64,000 nt of DNA from Bacteroidales bacterium. Its GTDB lineage: Bacteria; Bacteroidota; Bacteroidia; Bacteroidales; JAGONC01. A program made the position numbers and the translations under genes. A model generated the notes under the pieces. That model was not told the DNA's origin. It saw only the letters and a list, made by a program, of their open reading frames with translations, and made no database searches. Positions 56,442-64,000 of the stretch are shown here, piece after piece; the first letter of the stretch is position 1, and every line of letters begins with the position of its first letter. Location: positions 123,813-187,812 of the forward strand of contig DAOQWY010000004.1 of assembly GCA_035342335.1 (NCBI GenBank), read 5' to 3'.

Positions 56442-57920
56442 TTAGTTAACGCCTGTACGTTTATCCCACCACATCCTTTCGCCCCAGAATTGATCCACGA
56501 CCTTGGCAGCTTCGGGCTCAAGGTTCGTTGCGTTGAGGTTGGCTTCTGTGGTCGGATAAGGATAGCGGAAAGGCTGCCGGTTATGAACACCCACATAGAC
56601 GGATCCGGGTGCCACGTCAATTGCCGGCACATCGGTACGGCGGTTTTCGGCCCAGGCTTCCTGGCCCTGTTTGTACAGGCAGATCCATTTCTCAAGGTAG
56701 ATCTGCTTCATGTCATTGTTCCAGGCAATGGCCGGCTGGGCCATATAGGTTTCAATATCGCCTGCTGCTACTCCATTTTCTTCCATGGAAGCAACAATGC
56801 CGGCTTCATAGGCACTCTGTGCTGTCCAGCCTGGTGTGCCCCATCCGTTCTTGGCAGCTTCGGCAATGATGAAGGCTACTTCGGCGTAACGCATGAAGGG
56901 GGTGAATCCCGCCGGGTCGTCCCTGTAAATTGCCCCGATACGGGAGGTTGTCGGGACGATTTCGGAGTCGTCGACCGCGCCGGGATCAACGCCTTTATAT
57001 ACACCATCCGGATTTGGATGGGCATAGACCGGTAACCGCGGATCATTGTTCGCCAGCTGGATGTCGACGAGCACACTGCAGACCCCGTGATCATCACGTG
57101 TTTCACTGTCTTCGTAATAGGGCTCCTTGTAGGGGGAGGTACCGGGCCAGTACATGAAGGCATTATCATCATTGCTTTGCATGACCGGGTATTTGCCGGC
57201 ATTGCCCAGGACTTCTTCGATGACGGCCTTGGCTCCGCCGGGATTCACGATCGACATACGGATGGCAGCACGCAGCCGCAGGGAGTTGCAGAATTTCTGC
57301 CATTTGGAAACATCTCCGTGGAAAAGGAGGTCACCATCGCCCAGGTCATCGTCGTGGCCCTCGGCAAAGAGATCCGCTGCAGCCTTCAGTTGAGCAAGAA
57401 TGTCATCATAGATCTGACTCTGAGGATCATAGGGGGGAAGGGTGACCTGGTCGTCCGGATCGGTACCTTTTAAAGCACTCCTCCAGGGAACGTTACCCCA
57501 CTGGTCGGTGGTCATCTGAAGCAGCATGGCCTGGAATGTCATGGCAACCGCTTTCATGTTCGGTGTTCCTTCCGCATCGCTTTTATCCTGGATCACTTTC
57601 AGGTCGTTCATGGAGTAATAATAATAAGCCCAGGCATTGTTGACCACACCTTCACGGAATTCGTAGCGCGCTTCGTCAATGTACTGGATCTTGGAGATAT
57701 GCCCTGCATAGCTGCACATTTCGTTCATGCCCTGCCAGGCGTTGAATAGGTTGTCACCGACATACCTCAGGTCAAAGGCGAGGATGTTGGTCGATGGCAC
57801 ATCCGAAGGCTGGTTGGGGTTGACGTTCATCTCTTCGAAATTTTTTGTACAGGAGATGGAAGAAAAGATGAGCACCAGAACCAGCAGAATATTTAAATTC
57901 ACTATTTTTTTCATATTCAT
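56442..57920 (-). CDS. SusD/RagB-family outer-membrane lipoprotein (pair 2)
   Basis: 492 aa. It has the lipoprotein signal FSSISC and lies downstream of a SusC-like gene. Confidence 0.88.
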   Translation of the reverse strand: MNMKKIVNLNILLVLVLIFSSISCTKNFEEMNVNPNQPSDVPSTNILAFDLRYVGDNLFNAWQGMNEMCSYAGHISKIQYIDEARYEFREGVVNNAWAYYYYSMNDLKVIQDKSDAEGTPNMKAVAMTFQAMLLQMTTDQWGNVPWRSALKGTDPDDQVTLPPYDPQSQIYDDILAQLKAAADLFAEGHDDDLGDGDLLFHGDVSKWQKFCNSLRLRAAIRMSIVNPGGAKAVIEEVLGNAGKYPVMQSNDDNAFMYWPGTSPYKEPYYEDSETRDDHGVCSVLVDIQLANNDPRLPVYAHPNPDGVYKGVDPGAVDDSEIVPTTSRIGAIYRDDPAGFTPFMRYAEVAFIIAEAAKNGWGTPGWTAQSAYEAGIVASMEENGVAAGDIETYMAQPAIAWNNDMKQIYLEKWICLYKQGQEAWAENRRTDVPAIDVAPGSVYVGVHNRQPFRYPYPTTEANLNATNLEPEAAKVVDQFWGERMWWDKRTGVN

Positions 57921-57963
57921 CGTTTTTAGTATTTATACAATGTAAAGAACTGAATTCGGCCTG

Positions 57964-60900
57964 CTAGAAAGAAATCCTGAGTTTCAATCCAAGATTCCTC
58001 ACCGGAGGCAGCTGGTACTGTTCAAGACCCACACCTGTGTTGGTTGCGCCAAAACCAGTTTCCGGATCGATACGGATGTCATTGGTTTTATGCCTGTAGA
58101 GCAATCCCAGGTTTCTGCCGTAGAACGACAGGTTAAGCCCTTTGATGAAATTGGACTTTGCGAGCAGGTCTCTCGGGAAGTCATAAGCGAAGATCAGCTC
58201 GCGGAATTTAATGAAACTACCGTCGATGATGCTGGGTTCAGGCCATCCCCAATAGTTTTCATAATAGCTCTGTGCTGAAATGACGATATCATTTACCGAA
58301 CCATCTTCTTTGACTCCATTGATGATCAGTCCGTTTTCACGCACCTGGCCGTTCACTGCCCTGACGAAGCCATCGTCGTCGTAGCTCTCCGCTGCTGATT
58401 CAGCCGAAATGCCTGCATAGGCGCCGAACCAGTCGGTCACGCTGAACACATCCCCGCCTTTGCGGAAGTCAAACAGGAAGGTGAGCATGAAGCCTTTCCA
58501 GTTGAATGTATTTCTGAAACCGCCAACGAAGTCGGGATTGATATTGCCGATATTGACAGGCAGGGAAGTCAGTTTGCGCTGTCCGTCCTCGTTAACGATT
58601 ATGTTACCATCATCATCCCTGAGGGCGGCTCTGCCACGGATGACTCCCCACGGGTCGCCCGGTCTTGCCTCAATCGTAACGCCACCCCAGGAGGAAACGA
58701 TGGTATACGCCTGCAGATCTCCGTAAAGCGTAACGATTTCGTTATTGTTTTTTGAGAAGTTGAGGGTCATTTCCCAGTTCAGCCCCCTGGTCGATTTCAG
58801 GATGGAACCGTACAGCATCAGTTCATGACCCCAGTTGTGGATCTCGCCTGCATTCAGACGCATGGAACCGTAACCGGTGGCATAGGAAATATTCACTGCC
58901 ATGATCTGGTTCTTGGTGGTCTTGTCATAATACGTATAATCAATGCCGAAGCGGTTGTTGAAGAATTTCAGGTCTGTTCCAAACTCGAGGCTGGAGGTTT
59001 CTTCCGGTTTCAGGTTCAGCGGGGGTACCTGCCGGGCATAGTTATATTGCGGCACTCCAAAGATCGGAGAGGAGGATGCATAGGTGGGCAGGATCTGATA
59101 GGGATCCGTTGAGTTCCCCACCTGTGCCCAGCTAGCCCTGATCTTGCCGAAGGTCAGGATATTGGACGGGATGTTGAAGGTTTCGGTGAATACCCAGCTT
59201 AAACCCACGGAGGGGTAGAAGTACGACCATTCGTCTTTTGGCAGCGTGGAGCTCCAGTCATTACGTCCGGTGACATCCAGGTAGAGCATTCTTCTGAAGC
59301 TCAGTCCGATAGATCCGAACACGCTGTTGGTTGCCCTTTCTTCATCGTACTGGCTCACCTGGGGGTTCCCGTTCACGTTGCCGATCGTGTAAAGGTCGGG
59401 AACAGCCAGTTCACTTGCGGTAAGGGTGGACGAGTTGTATGTCCTTGTCATGTAGTTTCCTCCGAGCGTGGCCCTGATGCCAAAATCTTCCGAAAGATCC
59501 TTGTCTGCATTCAAATAAACATCCGCATTGGTCTCGGTAAATCTCATTTCGGTTTGTGTAAAGGATCCACCGAAGGAGGATTCAATGGAGCGGTCAGCGA
59601 CAACATGCTTTCTGACTTCATTCCAGTAATCGGTTCCCACGCGTCCCATGATGCTCAGCCAGTCGGTCAGTTTATAGTTTAGCATCACATTTCCAAACAG
59701 ACGGTTACGTTCCCTGGAGGTCGTGTTCTTGTTGACAGTCCAGTAGGGATTGTTGTGGTAGCTGGCGTTCCAGTTGTAAGGATTCCCCCATACATCATCC
59801 GTATCCCAGTTTTCTTCGAGCGTCTTCATATTGACCTGACGGCCGAACCAGGAACCGAGGGATTGCATGATGTTGTTCTCATCGTATCCGCCACCAGGAA
59901 TGTTGTCACTCTGGTTGAGCACATAATTGGCAATCACGGTGGCCGTAAGTCGTTTTGACAATTCTGTCGTACCGCTGAAGTTCACCGTGTATTTATCCAG
60001 GTCTGTATTGGGGATGGCACCCCTGGTGGTCTGATAACCCAGTGACATACGGGCGGCTGATTTATCCGTACCGCCGGTGAGTTCCAGGTTGTTGTCCCAG
60101 GTATGTCCCGTATCAAAGAAATCCTCCACGTTGTCGGGATTGGATACCCAGGGAGTGGCTGTCCGGGTGTCGGGATCGTTGGGATCGGTCAGGGGGCTGT
60201 CGTATTGTGGAAGTTTCAGTCCAATATCCAGTCTTGGTCCCCAGGATTCATCGATCCCGTCGTTCACTCCACCCCAGTTGCCATCGTAGTAGGAGAATGC
60301 ATTTTCCCTGGCCCAGGCTTCATAGGATGCCAGGTCAAAGGAGGTGGCTCCGGTGGATTCAAAATAAGCCCATTCGTCTCCGTAATATCCCTGGCCATAA
60401 TCATTTTGATAGAGCGGGACATAGGCAATGTTCTCAATTTGGTAGGAAGTCGTATAGGCCACGCCGATGCCTTTTGAAGCGCCTTTCTTGGCCGATTTGG
60501 TGGTGATCAGGATCACGCCGTTGGCTGCACGGGATCCGTACAGGGCGGCGGCATTGGCACCTTTCAATACGCTCATCGACTCGATGTTGGCCGGATCAAT
60601 GTCCATGGCGGCATTACCAAAGTCCTGTCCGCCATACTGATCAACGGCTGAAGAATAGTTGGAGATCGGAACGCCGTCGACGACAAACAGAGGCTGGTTT
60701 TCACCGAAGGAGCTGTTCCCGCGGATCACGATACGGGAGGAAGCACCAACGGCACCGCTGGCACTCACCACCTGTACACCTGCCACCTTGCCCGACAGGG
60801 CGTTCACAATGTTGTTTTCCTTGGCTTGTTCCAGATCCTCTCCTTTCACGTCCTGCACAGCGTAACCAAGGGCTTTTTTCTCACGTGTGATACCCAGGGC

Positions 60901-61224
60901 CGTGACAACCACCCCTTCCAGGTCCATGATATCTGACTCCAGAACGACATTGATGACGTTCTGATTACCGATCTCAATTTCCTGGGTGATCATCCCAACA
61001 AACTGGAAGACCAGGACACGGGCATCGCTGGGTACGGTCAGCTCGTAAAGCCCGTATTCGTTGGTAGTGGTCCCAATGGTCGTTCCTTTCACCAGAACCG
61101 TCGCACCGGGAATCGGAGCTTCGTCCGAGGCCCCGGTGATCGAGCCGGTGATGGTTCTTTGGGCCATCACTGCCTGCACTCCAATAAACATAAGGAGAGC
61201 AAGCAACATCGTAAATTTTCTCAT
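57964..61224 (-). CDS. SusC/RagA-family TonB-linked outer-membrane transporter (pair 2)
   Basis: It is a paralogue of 52866..56159 with the same N-terminal pattern (ITGSITGASDEAPIPGATVLVKGT) and a C-terminal ...LKLRISF. The ATG is at 61224 (the track start at 61230 is a TTG). Confidence 0.92.
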   Translation of the reverse strand: MRKFTMLLALLMFIGVQAVMAQRTITGSITGASDEAPIPGATVLVKGTTIGTTTNEYGLYELTVPSDARVLVFQFVGMITQEIEIGNQNVINVVLESDIMDLEGVVVTALGITREKKALGYAVQDVKGEDLEQAKENNIVNALSGKVAGVQVVSASGAVGASSRIVIRGNSSFGENQPLFVVDGVPISNYSSAVDQYGGQDFGNAAMDIDPANIESMSVLKGANAAALYGSRAANGVILITTKSAKKGASKGIGVAYTTSYQIENIAYVPLYQNDYGQGYYGDEWAYFESTGATSFDLASYEAWARENAFSYYDGNWGGVNDGIDESWGPRLDIGLKLPQYDSPLTDPNDPDTRTATPWVSNPDNVEDFFDTGHTWDNNLELTGGTDKSAARMSLGYQTTRGAIPNTDLDKYTVNFSGTTELSKRLTATVIANYVLNQSDNIPGGGYDENNIMQSLGSWFGRQVNMKTLEENWDTDDVWGNPYNWNASYHNNPYWTVNKNTTSRERNRLFGNVMLNYKLTDWLSIMGRVGTDYWNEVRKHVVADRSIESSFGGSFTQTEMRFTETNADVYLNADKDLSEDFGIRATLGGNYMTRTYNSSTLTASELAVPDLYTIGNVNGNPQVSQYDEERATNSVFGSIGLSFRRMLYLDVTGRNDWSSTLPKDEWSYFYPSVGLSWVFTETFNIPSNILTFGKIRASWAQVGNSTDPYQILPTYASSSPIFGVPQYNYARQVPPLNLKPEETSSLEFGTDLKFFNNRFGIDYTYYDKTTKNQIMAVNISYATGYGSMRLNAGEIHNWGHELMLYGSILKSTRGLNWEMTLNFSKNNNEIVTLYGDLQAYTIVSSWGGVTIEARPGDPWGVIRGRAALRDDDGNIIVNEDGQRKLTSLPVNIGNINPDFVGGFRNTFNWKGFMLTFLFDFRKGGDVFSVTDWFGAYAGISAESAAESYDDDGFVRAVNGQVRENGLIINGVKEDGSVNDIVISAQSYYENYWGWPEPSIIDGSFIKFRELIFAYDFPRDLLAKSNFIKGLNLSFYGRNLGLLYRHKTNDIRIDPETGFGATNTGVGLEQYQLPPVRNLGLKLRISF

Positions 61225-61474
61225 AATCAATAGTTTTAGGTTAGTACTAAATTGCAGAAATTATTCGATATTACTATTTCTCAACTACTTGAAGGAAGAA
61301 TGAAATTGAATGTTTCGTTTTTAATCGCTTTATTAATAATTTTTTTTTGAAAGTGACAGCCAAATTAAAAAGAAAACCTGGTTCCACCAAAAAAAAATTA
61401 ACAAAAATTAACAGGAAGGTTTTTTTTATTGGTATAAACCAGGCGATCAGGAGGAACAGGGAACACATCAAGGG

Positions 61475-63001
61475 TTATTCCAGGCTTCCAATGACCTTTT
61501 CAACTTCTTCCAGGATCTCACAGGATTGGACCAGTGCTTTCATGGCGTTATGGTCAGGATAGAGTGGCCGGTCGACATCCAGGAAGGCCACGTGCTTGCG
61601 GATCACCTCTTTGGCCCTGGTGGTTCCCGTTCCAAAGGTGTACTCTCTGAAGTCCAAAGCCTGCGCAGCGGCCATCAGTTCGATGCCCAGGATGCCATAG
61701 GCATTGTCGAGGATCTGGAAGTTCTTCAGGGCGGTGTTCATCCCCATCGAAACAAAGTCCTCCTGGTCGGCAGCGGCGGGTATGGATTGAATGCAGGCTG
61801 GCATGGAAAGGATGCGTTGTTCCACGATCTGCATATCGGCCGTGTACTGGCTGAGCATCAAGCCCGAGAACATGCCGGCTCCCTTGGTCAGGAATGCGGG
61901 CAGGCCTACGCTCAGGGCCGGATTGTTCAGGCGGTTCATCCTTCGTTCCGACAGAACGCTGACCATGGTGATGGCTGCTCCTGCCATGTCCATGGGTAGT
62001 GCCACCGGGCTACCCTGGAAATTGGCCCCGGAAAGCTGCAGGTTCTCTTCCGGGAAAAAGATCGGGTTATCCCCCACGCCATTGAGCTCGGTCTCCACCT
62101 GGCTGCGTGCATAGGCCAGCGCATCGTGGGCCGCACCGATCACCTGCGGGGTGGAACGCATCGAATAAGCATCCTGCACCTTGCATTTGATCCGGTTTTC
62201 GGCCAGATCTCCGTGCTCGGCCACCTTGCGAATGGCGCGGGCCGACCGGATGGCCCCGGAGAATCCCCTTGCTTCGTGCAGCTTGGGCAGATAAGGCTTC
62301 ATATTGGCCTTCAGGGCCTCCAGCGACATGGCTGCCGCAATCTCAGCCTGTTTCAGCCAGCGGTTGGCATCATAAAGGAAGATGGCGCTCATGGAGGTCA
62401 GCAGGTTGGAACCATTGATGGTGGCCAGACCGTCACGCGCTTTCAGTCCGGGTACGGGGATGCCGGCCCGGTCTAACGCTTCTTTGCCTTCCAGCAGTTC
62501 ACCCTTGTAGTATGCTTTGCCCTCACCCATCATCAGCAGGGCGATCTGCGACATCGGGGCCAGGTCGCCGCAGGCACCCACCGAACCTTTCTGGCAAACA
62601 TGAGGTGTTACGCCCTTGTTGAGCATCTCCACCAGTGTCTGCGTGATCTCAAGGCGACACCCTGAATGCCCCTTGGCATGAACGTTTGCCCTCGACAGCA
62701 TGGCTGCCCTGACATGCTCCAGCGGAGCCGGGTCGCCAATGCCGGCCGCATGGTTGTAGATCAGGTAGCGCTGGAACTGGCTTACCTGTTCGTCGGTCAG
62801 GACCACCTCCGAAAACTCTCCGATGCCGGTGTTGATCCCGTACATGATCTCGCCAGCCTCGAGCTTTCGCTCTACCATGTTCCTGCATTTAATGATACGT
62901 TCTTTTGCTTCAGGATGAAGCTCCACTTTTTGACCCAGCCGGGCCACGTTGATAATGTCTTCTATGGTTAGTTTATTGCCTGTGATATGATATGGTTTCA
63001 T
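61475..63001 (-). CDS. hutH: Histidine ammonia-lyase homologue (HAL/PAL family) with an Ala-Cys-Gly triad at the MIO position
   Basis: 508 aa with YGINTGIGEF, NHAAGIG, GSVGACGDLAPMS, ATINGS, VQDAYSMRSTPQV and DQEDFVSMG. Confidence 0.85.
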   Translation of the reverse strand: MKPYHITGNKLTIEDIINVARLGQKVELHPEAKERIIKCRNMVERKLEAGEIMYGINTGIGEFSEVVLTDEQVSQFQRYLIYNHAAGIGDPAPLEHVRAAMLSRANVHAKGHSGCRLEITQTLVEMLNKGVTPHVCQKGSVGACGDLAPMSQIALLMMGEGKAYYKGELLEGKEALDRAGIPVPGLKARDGLATINGSNLLTSMSAIFLYDANRWLKQAEIAAAMSLEALKANMKPYLPKLHEARGFSGAIRSARAIRKVAEHGDLAENRIKCKVQDAYSMRSTPQVIGAAHDALAYARSQVETELNGVGDNPIFFPEENLQLSGANFQGSPVALPMDMAGAAITMVSVLSERRMNRLNNPALSVGLPAFLTKGAGMFSGLMLSQYTADMQIVEQRILSMPACIQSIPAAADQEDFVSMGMNTALKNFQILDNAYGILGIELMAAAQALDFREYTFGTGTTRAKEVIRKHVAFLDVDRPLYPDHNAMKALVQSCEILEEVEKVIGSLE

Positions 63002-63160
63002 TGATAAATTGTTAAATTGTCAAATTGTCAAATTGTTAGTCCTTGTTCTATTGTTCTATTGCTGACTGCCGATCCCTCGTCACTGAGTTCCTCGGGACAG
63101 GCTGCCGACTGGCTACCGGCTACCGGCTACCGGCTACCGGCTACTGGCTACCGGCTACCG
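63002..63160 (-). repeat. Upstream cassette copy E3 abutting the hutH start codon, expanded by word arrays
   Basis: 63002..63035 is the exact reverse complement of 18290..18323. It then has (TAGAACAA)x2, GGATCGGCAGTCAGCA, GTCCCGAGG, CAGTCGGCAGC, and the heptamer array GCTACCG x7 (63111..63160, one GCTACTG variant) preceded by the degenerate copy GCTGCCG (63101..63107). Confidence 0.85.
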
Positions 63161-63267
63161 ATAAAGCGAGGTACGGTTGATCTTGATCTTGAATTCGAGG
63201 ATGGAGTTACGCATGGGATGAAATAGTCATTTGCTCGGCCCTTCGGGCCTCGCGTCATTACTGGTTA

Positions 63268-64000
63268 TTATTGGGTTTTAAGGTTATTCAGAAATGTTTC
63301 GAAAGAGGTGGAAAATTGTTCTCCCTTTTTCATATCCCTGATGCTGATGGTCCCAGAGGTCAGTTCATTCTCGCCAATGAGCACAACGTAGGGAATTCCT
63401 TTTTTATCGGCATAGGCGATCTGTTTCTTCACTTTGGCAAGGTCAGGGTAGATTTCGGTGTTGATCCCTGCATCGCGCAGTTGATCGGCCAGTTCCATGC
63501 ACCGTAAGGCTTCCTTGTGTCCGAAGTTGATAAAAAGAACCCGGGTGGAGGTAGAAGCGGTTTCGGGAAACAGATTCAGTTCAAGCATCAGGTCGTAAAT
63601 ACGGTCAGCGCCGAACGATATTCCTACACCAGAAACCCCTTCCAGGCCGAAGATCCCGGTCAGGTCGTCGTATCTTCCACCGCCGCAGATGCTTCCGATG
63701 CTTCTGCTGGCGGGAACCACCTCGATGATGGTGCCGGTATAATAGTTCAGTCCCCTGGCCAGTGTAAGATCGAGCTGGAGTTCACCTTTCCGCAGCACCG
63801 GTTCACAATACTGAAATACCTCTTCTGTTTCCCGGATCCCCTGGAGGCCTGCGGGCGAATGAACGAAGGCTTCTTTCAGGTTGTCGAGCTTCTCCTGGTG
63901 GTCACCTTTCTGGTGCAGTACCCTGCGCAACCGGTCAAGAACGGATGGAGCTATGCCTTTATCCGACAGCTCTTTCAGCGCATTCTCCATACCCGTCTTG
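63268..64000 (-). CDS. hisS: Histidyl-tRNA synthetase, C-terminal part (the 5' end lies beyond the right window edge)
   Basis: It has the class II motif 3 region SICGGGRYDDLTGIFG and an anticodon-binding domain (VLFINFG...YVVLIGENEL). The frame stays open past the internal Met at 63990 to base 64000. Confidence 0.9.
   Translation of the reverse strand, partial: KTGMENALKELSDKGIAPSVLDRLRRVLHQKGDHQEKLDNLKEAFVHSPAGLQGIRETEEVFQYCEPVLRKGELQLDLTLARGLNYYTGTIIEVVPASRSIGSICGGGRYDDLTGIFGLEGVSGVGISFGADRIYDLMLELNLFPETASTSTRVLFINFGHKEALRCMELADQLRDAGINTEIYPDLAKVKKQIAYADKKGIPYVVLIGENELTSGTISIRDMKKGEQFSTSFETFLNNLKTQ

Noticed and set aside
63017-63226. 69-aa ORF with the repetitive peptide LPATGYRLPATGYRLP
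   Set aside because: It is a translation artefact of the GCTACCG heptamer array in the hisS-hutH spacer.

Overview
This 64-kb window looks like a Bacteroidota genome, probably an anaerobic fermenter. The evidence is two SusC/SusD pairs, a T9SS type-B C-terminal sorting domain, TAnnTTTG -7 boxes upstream of several genes, rimP-nusA-infB, an [FeFe]-hydrogenase and indolepyruvate:ferredoxin oxidoreductase. About 40 protein genes and one tRNA-Gln are supported, and most are core functions: gap, relA/spoT-like, fur-like, purA, infB, nusA, rimP, lgt, dprA, rsgA, dtd, icd, citrate synthase, acpH, iorAB, hutH-like and hisS. I recognised no integrase, transposase, CRISPR-cas, restriction-modification or toxin-antitoxin genes. 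Four things deserve a second look. (1) A 12-kb co-directional hydrogenase island (8475..20624) carries hydC-hydB-hydA and hydG/hydF/hydE. Between them sits a sensory-type H-cluster protein fused directly to a histidine kinase, followed by a receiver-only protein and a receiver-kinase hybrid. No DNA-binding output domain is present. (2) A COG1672/DUF234 ATPase with a nuclease-like C-terminus (2134..3507) is bracketed by direct repeats of about 360 bp. Their 173-nt core is identical in both copies and rich in hairpins. (3) Several intergenic element families are not explained by genes. One is a collinear upstream cassette ending in CAATTTGA octamers, placed 5' of three unrelated genes, including a 34-nt exact match 45 kb apart. 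Another is a set of 140-150 bp palindromic elements bounded by terminal inverted repeats at gene 3' ends. A third is many period-7/8 word arrays and GC-clamped triloop hairpins. (4) The histidine ammonia-lyase homologue carries Ala-Cys-Gly where the MIO-forming Ala-Ser-Gly is expected. The supplied ORF track also misses a real 498-codon secreted-protein gene that runs off the left edge (1..1496, minus strand). Several track ORFs begin at TTG/GTG codons upstream of the more likely ATG, and I give adjusted starts for those.
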